Assembly: GCF_963921235.1 (NCBI RefSeq)
Contig: NC_086108.1
Location: 71,302,001-71,366,000, forward strand
Direction: 5' to 3'
Origin: Mobula hypostoma
Taxonomy: Eukaryota
DNA length: 64,000 nucleotides
How positions within the stretch are numbered: position 1 is the stretch's first letter; every line of letters begins with the position of its first letter. Shown in pieces: positions 13,501 through 24,962 of the stretch. The notes below the pieces were generated by a model. That model was not told where the DNA came from. It saw only the letters and a program-made list of their open reading frames with translations, and made no database searches. Made by a program: the position numbers and the translations under genes.

Positions 13501-14189
13501 GTACATAATTTTCTGTGGTGATTTGAATAGGAAAATGATTGCTTGGTTTGAAAAGAGAGTTTCATTGAGCAGAGAGGAATATAAAAACATAATACAGTAT
13601 GTTGAACAATGAACATTCTAATCATATAATGATACTTTTGTTGAAATGAAATTTTGCTTTTTTCAGTTCAGTAAAAAAAAAGGTTACTATGAGTTCCTGA
13701 TGACAAAATTCTGCAGTGAATTTGATAACTGATTTTAAACAGTTGGTTTTCAATGCTGCAGTTTGTGTTGGGGGACTGAGTTGTAAAGTGGCTGAGAGCA
13801 TTTCACTGAATTTTCCAATTGTCCAGAAATGGGACTTGGATGTTTAATATTACCATTGGTAAAATGGTATAGTTGGACTTGCATCTATTCATGTTATTAC
13901 ATTGGCATCTGACTTTGTTTTTCCTTCTAAATTTATGAGGCATCCCAAATTTCATGCATCTACACTGCTCAGAGGGAAGGGATTTGGGACAGGTTCATGT
14001 AGATGGAAGCATCAATTAACATCATATATCAGATGGCTTCGATGTGTGTGGGAGTTAATGGAAGAGTTAGTGAAGCATACACCTGGAACTCAACAAGAAT
14101 AGTAAAACACAGAGTCATCACATGGGTGTAATAGTCAAAGTGCCAGGTTTTAGCAGAACATTATTGGAAGATATAAGAAAGGCCATATA

Positions 14190-15850
14190 AAACCATAAGA
14201 CATAGGAGCAGAATTAGGCCATTTGGCCCATTGAATCTGCTCTGCCATTCAATCATGGCTGATTTATTATCCCTTTCAACAACATTCTCCTGCCTTCTCT
14301 CCGTAACCTTTGATACCTTTACTAATCAAGAACCTATCAATATCCACTTTAAATATACCCTATATTTTTTGAGGAAATTACAAGTAGCCTAGACAAGGGA
14401 GATGCAGTGGATGTTGTATATTTGGATTTTCAGAAGGCCTTTGACAAGGTGCCACACATGAGGCTACCTAACAAGATAAGAGCCCATGGAATTATGGGAA
14501 AGTTAAATATGTGGCTAGAGCGTCGGCTGATTGGCAGGAAACAGAGAGTAGGAATAAAAGGATCCTATTCTGGTTGGCTGCCGGTTACCAGTGGTGTTCC
14601 ACAGGGGTCCGTGTTGGGGCAGCTTCTTTTTATGTTGTACATCAATGATTTGGATTATGAAATAGATGGCTTTGTGGCTAAGTTTGCTGATGATACGAAG
14701 ATAGGTGGAGGGGCCGGTAGTGCTGAGGAAACAGAGAGCCTGCAGAGAGGCTTGGATAGATTGGGAGAATGGGCAGAGAAGTGGCAAATGAAATACAATG
14801 TTGGAAAGTGTATGGTTATGCACTTTGGCAGAAGAAATAAATGGGCAGACTATTATTTAAATGGGGAGAGAATTCAAAGTTCTGAGATGCAACGGGACTT
14901 GGGAGTCATCGTACAGGTTACCCTTAAGGTTAACCTCCAGGGTGAGTTGGTGGTGAAGAAGGCGAATGCAATGTTGGCATTCATTTCTAGAGGAATAGAG
15001 TATAGGAGCAGGGATGTGATGTTGAGGCTCTATAAGGCACTGGTGAGACCTCACTTGGAGTACTGTGGGCAGTTTTGGTCTCCTTATTTAAGAAAGGATG
15101 TGCTGACATTGGAGAGGGTACAGAGAAGATTCACTGGAATGATTCCGGGAATGAGAGGGTTAACATATGAGGAACGTTTGTCCGCTCTTGGACTGTGTTC
15201 CCTGGAGTTTAGAAGAATGAGGGGAGACCTCATAGAAACATTTCGAATGTTGAAAGGTATGGACAGAGTGGATGTGGCAAAGTTGTTTCCCATGGTAAGG
15301 GAGTCTAGTACGAGAGGGCATGACTTAAAGATTGAAGGGTGCCCATTCAGAACAGAGATGCAAAGAAATTTTTTTAGCCAGAGAGTGGTGAATCTATGGA
15401 ATTTGTTGCTACTGGCAGCAGTGGAGGTCAAGTCATTGGGTGTATTTAAGGCAGAGATTGATAGGTATCTGGGTAGCCAGAGCATCAAAGGCTATGGTGA
15501 GAAGGCGGGGGAGTGGGACTAAATGGGAGAATGGATCAGCTCATGATAAAATGGGGGGGAGCAGACTCGATGGGCCGAATGGCCGACTTCTGCTCCTTTG
15601 TCTTATGGTCTTATGTCTTATATCATGGCATACACAGCTGTCTGTGGCTTTGAATTTTACAGATTCATCACGCTTTGGCTGAAGAAATTCCTCCTGATCT
15701 CTGTTCTAAAAGGATGTCCTTCTGTTCTGAGGCTGTGCCCTCTGGTCCTAGACTCTCCCATGAGAGGGAACATCCATCTTCACATCCACTCTTTCTAGGC
15801 CTTTTAATATTCAATCGGTTTTAGTGAGATCCCCACTCATTCTTTTAAAC
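14190..15850 (-). mobile_element. CR1 3' end (minus strand) split by a younger plus-strand CR1
   Basis: 14190-14360 is the reverse-complement CR1 3' UTR and tail. It resumes at ~15625 (CACAGCTGTCTGTGG...AGATTCATCACGCTTTGGCTGAAGAAATTCCTCC). Confidence 0.8.
14362..15618 (+). mobile_element. 5'-truncated CR1 LINE with an open RT C-terminal frame (14407-15522)
   Basis: VYLDFQKAFDKVPH, GVPQGSVLG, KFADDTK, LYKALVRPHLEYC, FFSQRVVNLWN. 3' UTR ends in a (TCTTATGG)-type tail. Confidence 0.95.
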
Positions 15851-16063
15851 ACCAGTGTGTATGATGGTTTGTCCTAGAAAATGGACACTGGTGTTCTGGA
15901 CACAGGTGTGATGGTACTGGGTTTGCTGACTGTGAAGTTCTAAACTCAAATGAAGTGCATAACCCCTATCCGATATGATAATTACAGTGACCCTCCCTAA
16001 AGCGAAGTTATAGTCTAGCCATCCAATTTTCAAAGACCTGTTCACTTCCCTATATATCCTCCA

Positions 16064-16483
16064 CTTCTCTGTGGATTGTCACCTTGTCGTGGTGGAGAAG
16101 CTCGTGTGGTCCTGTGATCCCGAGAGCGATGCCTTCTGGAGCTATGCTCCTGGTAGGGTCACCCATGGTGGTAAGGTTGAGGGTGAGGTCCCTGACAAAG
16201 AACAATCCAACCAAAATCTCAACGGTGGAACAGGCGGACGAAGTTACTTTGAACTCAACGGCTGTGAAGACGGATGAAGGCTGCAACAAATCCATCAGCT
16301 CCAATCGTCGTGGTTTCCATGCCATTGGAATCAGTTGGTTGATTTGTGAAGTATCGTGTGCTTCTTGGAGTGCAACATCAAGTACACGTTAAACAAATAC
16401 TCGCACAGGCGTCTTCACTCTGTGGGCCACTTCTTCAGAACGAAGACCATCGTCCTCGACCTCGAGGGATAACCACAACGACA
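16064..16483 (+). mobile_element. RTE-derived non-autonomous element (5' UTR fused to 3' end)
   Basis: 10-bp TSD ATATCCTCCA at 16054-16063 and 16484-16493. The 5' CACCTTGTCGTGGTGGAG...GGTAGGGTCACCCA...CTGACAAAGA resembles RTE (Expander/BovB-type) 5' UTRs. Short (ACA/ACG)n tail. Confidence 0.7.
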
Positions 16484-17189
16484 ATATCCTCCAGGGTGAA
16501 TTTAGCTGCCAATAGTTGTTAGAGTGGTGAGTCCCACCTCCCTGCCAATCAGGAGATACTTTCAGCTAACAAAGTAGTTTAAACAAAGTTCATTTACTTC
16601 TAGTGATACACGTTTAAATCCAGACAAAATTTTTAAAACACATTTAAAAGTTATTGAGGTTTTCTATCTTATAAAAGATTTCCAAATTACAACTTATTTC
16701 TAAAACACAAAACATTTCCAAAACACAGGTACAATTCCTATAAACTAGAAAGACATAGCAATGAGTTTCAGGTGAATGAATTGTCTGTCACAGAAATCAA
16801 AGGCAGAGGAATGGATCCTAGTTCATCCCACCTTTCTGGTAATCTTCTTGATGTTCTTGGACCATTCCCATTAAGCCTGGCTACTCTCTTAACATTTATA
16901 CTGTTTTTTTTCTGCTACTTGGGTGCCTTCACACACGCAATATTTTCTCAGATACTTTTTCACACAGGTGATCTAAAAGCTTCTGGAGACAGAGTTTCCA
17001 GATTCCCACAACTAATGCCGTGAAGCTAACTGTCTGAGCACACAAACCTTCCAACTATTAATAGATCAGCTATTTGATGTGCTAAATGATTGTATCAATC
17101 TGGTCTGCAAGCTTCCTTGAACTAAGTAACTTAGCCAGCGATGTCTGATTTGATGCAAACTAATTAACATAACCCGATTGTCTTACATC

Positions 17190-19443
17190 AGTGTTGTCCC
17201 AATTCAGCTCCCAGACCTGGAATATCTCACAATTAAGTGCCATCCTCTTTTACCTGCCACAGGAGATTTCAGTGAACTGTTTGGCAGTGGTGTACATTCC
17301 TCCTCAGGCCAATATCAAATAGGCTGTAGATGATATGAGCAGCGTGATCAACACCACACTTCCCCATCATTTTGGGGGATTTTAACCAGGCCAGCTTGAA
17401 AGAAAAAATCACTAAACAATTATCATCGACAAATCACTTGTAGTACCAGAGGAATCAACACATTGGACCACTGTTACACTAAGGCCTAGAGGGCTTACAG
17501 TGCTATTCCATGCCCTCACTTCGGAAAGCCTGATCACCCGGCTGTACTTCTACTCCCTGAGTATATGCAGAGACTGAAGACTGCAGCACCAGTAGTGAGG
17601 TCCAAGAAGGTATGTATGGACAAGGGAAGCACAGGAGCATGGACAGGACTGCTTTAAATCATTGGACTTGACTGTATTCAGGGATTCATCTTTGAGTCTG
17701 GATGAGTATGCTGCAGTTGTTACCAACTTCATTAAAACCTGTGTGGATGAGTGTGTGCCTACAAAAACTTGCTGTATATTCCCAAACCAAAAGCCGTGGA
17801 TGAACCAGGAGGTTCGTTGTCTGCTGAGGGCTGGATCTGTGGCATTTAAGTCCAGTGACACAGGTCTGTGCAAGAAAAACAGGTATGACATGTGGTGTGC
17901 TATTTCAAGAGCGAAGAAACAATTTCAAGTGCGTTTGGAGGTGACATCGGATGTACGTCAACTCTGGCGGGGTTTGCAAGACATTACTTCCTACAAAGTG
18001 AAGCCCAATAGTGACGCTTCACTATCGGACGAGCTCAATACATTTTATGTCCACTTTGAAAGGGAGAATACAACTACAGCTGTGAAGATCCCTGCTGCAC
18101 CCAGTGATCCTGTGATGTCTGTCTCGGAGGCTGATGTTAGGCTGTCTTTCAGGACGGTGAACCCTCATAACGTGGCAGACCCAGATGGAGTACCTGGTAA
18201 GGCTCTGATGACTTGTGCTAACCAACTGGCAGGTGTATTCAAGGATATTTTCAACCTTTCAGTGCTATGGTTGGAAGTTCCCACCTGCTTCAAAAGGGCA
18301 ACAATTATACTGGTGCCAAGAAGAGTAGTGAGAGCTGCTTTTATAACTATCATCTCCAAGCGCTCAGATCTATGGTGATGAAATGCTTTGAGAGGTTGGT
18401 CATGCAATGAACTCCTGCCTCAGCAAGGGCCTGGACCTGCTGCAATTTGCCTATCGCCACAATAGGTCTATGGTAGATGCAACCTCAATGGCTCCTTACT
18501 CGGCCTTAGATCACCTGAACAAGAAGATCAGAGACCTCGACCTTCACTCTACCTTGGGTAGCTGGATCCTGGATATCCTGTCAGATCGCCGGCAGGTGGT
18601 AAGAGTGGGCTCCCTCACCTCTATCCCTCTGACCCTTAACAGAAGTGCCCCTCACGGCTGTGTCCTAAGCCCCCTCCTTTACTCTCTGTATACCCATGAC
18701 TGTGTCACCATTCACAGCTCCAATCTGCTAATTAAATTTGCTGACAACACTACACTGATTGGCCTAATCTCAAATAATAATGAGGCAGCATACAGAAAAG
18801 AAGTCATCACCCTGACACAGTGGTGTCAAGTAAACAACCTCTCCCTCAATGTCACAAAAACAAAGGAGCTGGTTGTGGACTATAGGAGGAATGGAGACAG
18901 GCTAACCCCTATTGACATCAATGTATCTGGGGTTGAGAGGGTGAACAGTTTTAACTTCCTCAGCATAAACATCACCGAGGATCTCATGTGGTCTGTACGT
19001 ACCAGCTATGTGGTGAAAAAGGCACAACAGCACCTCTTCCACCTCAGATGGTTGAAGAAATTTGGTATGGTGCCCCAAATTCTACAAACTTTCTATAGGG
19101 GCACAATTAAGAGCATCCTGACTGGCTGCATCACTGCCTGATATGGGAACTGTACTTCCCTCAATCGCAGGACTCTGCAGAGAGTGATGCGGACAGACCA
19201 GTGCAAATGTAGATGTGAACTTTCCACTATTCAGGACATTTACAAAGACAGATGTGTAAAAAGGGCCTGAAGGATCATTGGGGACCCAAGTCACCCCAAC
19301 CACAAACTGTTCCAGCTGCTACCATCTGGGAAATGATACCGCAGCATAAGAGCCAGGACCAACAGGCTCCGGGACAGCTTCTTCCACCAAGTCATCAGAC
19401 TGTTTAATTCATGCTGACAGAACTGTATTTCAATGTTATATTG
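17190..19443 (+). mobile_element. Rex1/Babar-type LINE (EN + RT, degenerate); its 3' UTR continues at 26094-26238
   Basis: VYIPP, GDFNQ, LDHCYT, FPNQKPWMN, LQFAYRHNRS, GCVLSPLLYSLYTHDC, KFADNT, KKAQQHLFHLRWLKKF. The 3' UTR is split by the DNA transposon, as shown by the uninterrupted copy at 49730-49883. Confidence 0.9.
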
Positions 19444-19587
19444 CACTGATTCTTGAGAATTTGGATGAAACAGGTTTTAATTTTGAAAAGAAAAAATTTT
19501 AAATGTTAAGAAATCTAAACTTATAAGTTTATAGAACAAGGTCTCGGCACTCAAGCAATATTTCGGTGCAACCTCCTGATTTTGTAA

Positions 19588-20166
19588 TTTAGATTATGAA
19601 GACACGCAGTCCTCTTTCATTGTCATTTAGTAATGCATGCATTAAGAAATGATACAATATTTCCTCCGGTGTGATATCACAAAACACAGGACAGACCAAG
19701 ACTGAAAAAAACTAACAAATCCACATAATTATAACATATAGTTACAACAGTGCAACAATACCATCACTTGATGAAGAAGTCCATGAGCACAGTAAAAGTT
19801 CAAAGTCTCTCAAATGTCCCACATCTCACGCAGACAGAGAGAAGGAAGGAAAACTCTCCCTGTCATACCCGACCATGGTCCGACGCCGAGTCATCCAAAA
19901 ACTTCGAGCTCTGATCAACTCTCCGACACCGAGTACTGAACGCCATCTTTATCCATATGATTCGATCTCCATCTCGGTCGCCAACAGCAGGCAAAGCCGG
20001 GATTTTGAGGCCTACCCTCCGGAAGATTCCCGACCGCGCAGTAACGACAGCAGCAAACGAGCGTTTCAGAAATTTCTCCAGATGTTCCTCTGTGCTTTCA
20101 TGTCCATCTCCATCAAATCAGAATTGTCCACGGCCCCTATTTAACGGATACGATATCGTTTTTCAC
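19588..20166 (-). mobile_element. Non-autonomous retroposon nested in the DNA transposon
   Basis: Reverse complement resembles 42056-42711 (GCATGCATTACTAA...GAGGACTGCGTGTCTTCATAATCTAA tail). Confidence 0.7.
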
Positions 20167-20859
20167 CGGATCATATGCATCATATGTTTTTCCTGTCATT
20201 ACTTAGTTTTTGTCAACACAGTCAGACACAATAAAAAGCTAATTATTCCTATTTAATTAGTCTTATACAGATTTAGAGCTTTTAAATCATTGTGTCTACA
20301 CCATAGATACACATATATGCTGTTAAATGTTGAATATTCACTTCTGTTCATTTTTTATACCATTTCACGTGTACTCCTTTAAAAACTCTTACATCATGCT
20401 ACTTTTATCATTAGCATTAAATATACAAAATAACAATTTTGGACATAAAAAACACATTTTTAATTTTAAAGAGACAATTACTTTGACAAATCAACTGTTT
20501 TGGAGGAACAGATTGTAAGCATATTAATTTAAAACAAAGTAAGTTCCATCTGACAGTGGTGACTGAGATCTGGCGGTGGTGGCAGTGGCCTAATTACAAC
20601 AAACAATTCCAATCTTTTCACCACTCAGGACAATGCTTCCTCGCTTAACAACTTTATTTAACAATTTGGTACAACAAACAACAATTTGTCATGTACATTT
20701 TATCCTTCTGTAAATATTAACTACAACGGTAAACAGCAAAATAAAAACTACAGTACAACTGCAACGTTTAAGCATGAACATCAGAAAACACACCAGGAAC
20801 TAAAAAAAAGAATTCCATCCATTTCTGGGCTTGAAAATCTTCGAAAATGTTCAGTCATC

Positions 20860-23800
20860 TTTATCAGGAAGTAGACGATGAATATGCTCCTCCTCTATGA
20901 AGTCCATGACTTCAGCAGACAGGTCCTGCTTGCACAACCCGGTGATGATGGCTCCATCAGTTTGACCAGAATATCTTCAACTGGCATGAAGCACATATCC
21001 TTTCCACCTGGCTTCAGATGGAAGTGCGTGTTGGGCCCATGAGGGTGGAAAAACTCCACTTGAATATCTTGATGATGAGCATCTACAGTGACTGCCTTTG
21101 CTAACCACCAATTTTGGTCATAAATGACTGCAAGCCAATCCCCACAATTAATGACACCAGCAGATACATCTGTCGTAGTCCCCTCAGGACCACTCTGGGG
21201 TTCCTGCTCCATTTCCTCCATCAGCATTGCCAAAGGCCCTCCGTTCTTTCCCGTTGTGGTAGAGCCATCATTCTCCTCAGCCTGTACCCTGGCATGTGTA
21301 CTTTCAGTCAACTGAAATGTTGTTGGGCTGAAACACTGGCACATCTGTAGCTCACTGCAGAAACATGATAATGATCTGCAATGGATGCTGTTTCCGTAAG
21401 GTATGACCTGATGGATTTTCCTCATTGCTGGTACAGGTTTTAGTGGTGAGAAAGGAGTGCATCATATGTCTGCATGTCACCTTCAGCAATATGAGAGCTG
21501 AGTACTGCAAGGGCTTCCCCCTACCATCTCATGGAAGATCTTGCCATCCACAATGTCATTCCCCCATAGTACAAGGCTGCCTGCAGTCCTTTTTCCCAAT
21601 GCCACCTGGAGCTCCTTTCCTATGTGAAGTGGCGAAGAAGTTCCAGGTTGATCTCTGGAAACTCAGTGTTGGAGGGACATTGCAGAGGAGAGAGAAGTTC
21701 TTCTTGTTTTTGTACTGCTTGCTGGGGCCATCTGACCAAAATTGAATGGTATCAACTTTTGGAAATTTTAAATGAATATCTCTGAGGACTGGTTCCATGT
21801 GAGTCCAAATGGCAGAAGCATCCTGTCGCTTGGATTCTGATATTGTACAAAATCCTGCTTTCTCTTCTTTTGTGTAGTACATGCCAGTGCACAGATTGAG
21901 CTGTGGGAGGTTCTAACCAAAATGGCATGACTGTACCTCAGAACTATATTTGCATTTCCATGTCTCAGAAAAATCCACATGCACAACTACAGTGCTTTCA
22001 TTGCAGTTCTGTATCATGCTCCTGTATTCCCTGGACTGGTTCTGAACCAAGCACACATATGTTGTTGTTTCACTCTTTAGTTTGTCTTCATACAGTTTGA
22101 TGAGCTCTGCCAGTGTGCCATTGTGCTTCACAAGTCTTGTATTGTAGTGAATTCCATCTGCTGTTTGGTCCTGAACTCATTCCTATTGCTGCCACCCAAC
22201 ATCGGTCTACTCTTGCTGTGGGGTGGCAAGTGTGTGCTTGTGGAGACACCGGGTGCAGGAGTGCAGAAGACATGCCTCGCTTGTCTGAGAACAACACACA
22301 AGTTCAAAACTACCCTCCAATTTGCTAGACTTAACAATACCATATGCTCTTAGGACCTCAAACATCAGCTTGTTTTTTCATGGTATTGGCATTGGCATGT
22401 CTTTCGATCTGATGGTTTTGGTGCTGTGACATAGAATGGACGTAAAGCACAGAAGGATGAATAACTGAGTTTTACAGTTGGTTCCTTTTTGATGAACTCC
22501 CTGTGGAGGTTGAATATTGTGTCAGTCAGAATCATTCTGTGATGCTTTATTTTCTTCCGTGTCATCGTGTCCTGTTTGTCGGTCATCATTCGTGTAGCAT
22601 TATGGTAGAAATCTTGAACCATCGGGGTTATTGTTTAACGTCGGTGGTGGGGAAACTGCTGGAGTCAGTTATCAAGGATGTGATAACAGCACATTTGGAA
22701 AGCGGTGAAATGATTGGACAAAGTCAGCATGGATTTGTGAAAGGAAAATCATGTCTGACGAATCTCATAGAATTTTTTGAGGATGTAACTAGTAGAGTGG
22801 ATAGGGGAGAACCAGTGGATGTGGTATATTTGGATTTTCAAAAGGCTTTTGACAAGGTCCCACACAGGAGATTAGTGTGCAAACTTAAAGCACACGGTAT
22901 TGGGGGTAAGGTATTGGTGTGGGTGGAGAATTGGTTAGCAGACAGGAAGCAAAGAGTGGGAATAAACGGGACCTTTTCAGAATGGCAGGCAGTGACTAGT
23001 GGGGTACCGCAAGGCTCAGTGCTGGGACCCCAGTTGTTTACAATATATATTAATGACTTGGATGAGGGAATTAAATGCAGCATCTCCAAGTTTGCGGATG
23101 ACACGAAGCTGGGTGGCAGTGTTAGCAGTGAGGAGGATGCTAAGAGGATGCAGGGTGACTTGGATAGGTTGGGTGAGTGGGCAAACTCATGGCAGATGCA
23201 ATTTAATGTGGATAAATGTGAAGTTATCCACTTTGGTGGCAAAAATAGGAAAACAGATTATTATCTGAATGGTGGCCGATTAGGAAAAGGGGAGGTGCAA
23301 CGAGACCTGGGTGTCATTATACACCAGTCATTGAAAGTGGGCATGCAGGTACAGCAGGCGGTGAAAAAGGTGAACGGTATGCTGGCATTTATAGCGAGAG
23401 GATTCGAGTACAGGAGCAGGGAGGTACTACTGCAGTTGTACAAGGCCTTGGTGAGACCACACCTGGAGTATTGTGTGCAGTTTTGGTCCCCTAATCTGAG
23501 GAAAGACATCTTTGCCATAGAGGGAGTACAAAGAAGGTTCACCAGATTGATTCCTGGGATGGCAGGTCTTTCATATGAAGAAAGACTGGATGAACTGGGC
23601 TTGTACTCGTTGGAATTTAGAAGATTGAGGGGGGATCTGATTGAAACGTATAAGATCCTAAAGGGATTGGACAGGCTAGATGCGGGAAGATTGTTCCCGA
23701 TGTTGGGGAGGTCCAGAACGAGGGGTCACAGTTTGAGGATAGAGGGGAAGCCTTTTAGGACCGAGATTAGGAAAAACTTCTTCACACAGAGAGTGGTGAA

Positions 23801-24774
23801 TCTGTGGAATTCTCTGCCACAGCAAACTGTTGAGGCCAGTTCATTAGCTATGTTTAAAAGGAAGTTAGATATGGCCCTTGTGGCTACAGGGGTCAGGGGG
23901 TATGGAGGGAAGGCTGGGTTCTGAGTTGGATGATCAGCCATGATCATAATAAATGGCGGTGCAGGCTCGAAGGGCCGAATGGCCTACTCCTGCACCTATT
24001 TTCTATGTTTCTATGTTAAGTGAGTTTTTTGTCAGTAGTCCTCCTCTTTCGCAGTGTGTTGTATGTCAGCCCGAACTGCTTTGTCTGGTGTATTAGGCAA
24101 TATTTCTTTAGAACCCTGCCTAACAAGAGTCAAGTTCTTTGATTTTTGAGCAGACTTGCAGGGCGACTATAAATTATTTTAGTTTTGATTAAATTCTTGA
24201 ATGAGACAATTGTGGAAGAGCAGGGTTTTCTTGATGGAGGGGTTTTTGAGTTTGCTTCCCTGTAGCATCTGCTCTGTTTTTTTCTTGGTGATTCTTGTGT
24301 TTTTTTATTTCTAGTTTGCTCTCGTCACTAATGCTTTTTCAGTTTGTTCCTATCTTTAATTATCTCTTGAAGTTTATTTTTCAAAGCTTCCATCACTCTC
24401 AAGTATCTTGCTGTTGTTTTCTTTCTTTCCCTTTCCCCTGCTATAGACTGCCTACTGTGAGCCGGCTCCTGTATAGTCTGATCCAATGGACTATCAGGGG
24501 GAGTTTCTGGACATTCTGGGCCTTTTCTCTTACACTGTCTTGACTCTTGCTGTCTACATTTCCATGCCTTTCTCTTACTCCTCTTTTCCCTTTCATTCAA
24601 ATCACTGATAGTTTTTATCTTCCCATCCTCTACTCTCTTCTTCCATCTTTGCTTTTCCTTTCTCAGGTATTCCTCCTTTAACTCTGGCTCACTATATATT
24701 TTCTCTCTCTGCTTTTTTTAGTATTCCCTGTTTCCTCTCCTTTGGTCCTCCACTGATAGCTGCTGCCTAGCCAT
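20860..24774 (-). pseudogene. Disrupted DDE transposase (Sola2-like), interrupted by CR1
   Basis: ATG at 24774 (MARQQLSVEDQRR...) and a basic N-terminus. Motifs CQCQYHE, CCSQTSEACLLHSCTRC, VHVDFSETWKCKYSSEVQSCHFG, FWSDGPSKQYKNKKNF, WNFFATSHRKGAPGGIG, and C-terminal DWLAVIYDQNWW...VEFFHPHGP. Contains stops and frameshifts. Confidence 0.8.
22633..24016 (+). mobile_element. Young 5'-truncated CR1 LINE with an open RT frame
   Basis: Uninterrupted frame LTSVVGKLLES...SQHGFVKGKSCLTNL...KFADDTKLGG...to 23924. (TTCTATGT)n tail. The first ~43 aa of the listed 473-aa ORF are antisense transposase, not CR1. Confidence 0.95.
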
Positions 24775-24857
24775 AACTTCCTAAAATACATAAAAGGAAG
24801 GTCAGAATTTAATGGAGTTACTATGAAATTGTGCAAAATTACTATGAATTTATTTAT

Positions 24858-24962
24858 TACGTTAGTCCTGACGAAGGGTCTCGGCCTGAAACGTCGACTG
24901 CACCTCTTCCTATAGATGCTGCTTGGCCTGCTGCGTTCACCAGCAACTTTGATGTATGTTGC
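24858..24962 (+). mobile_element. Solo ~105-bp Penelope pLTR insertion
   Basis: 14-bp TSD ATGAATTTATTTAT at 24844-24857 and 24963-24976. Similar to the pLTR at 33470-33575. Confidence 0.85.
24863..24900 (+). ncRNA. Minimal type I hammerhead ribozyme motif (intact core)
   Basis: Stem I TAGTC/GACTG, core CTGACGA, stem II AGG-GTCTCGG-CCT, GAAA, loopless palindromic stem III ACGT, and a GUC cleavage triplet ending at 24895. Confidence 0.8.

Noticed and set aside
22503..23924. 473-aa ORF as a host gene or novel RT system
   Set aside because: It is a truncated CR1 ORF2 with an N-terminus read from antisense transposase DNA.
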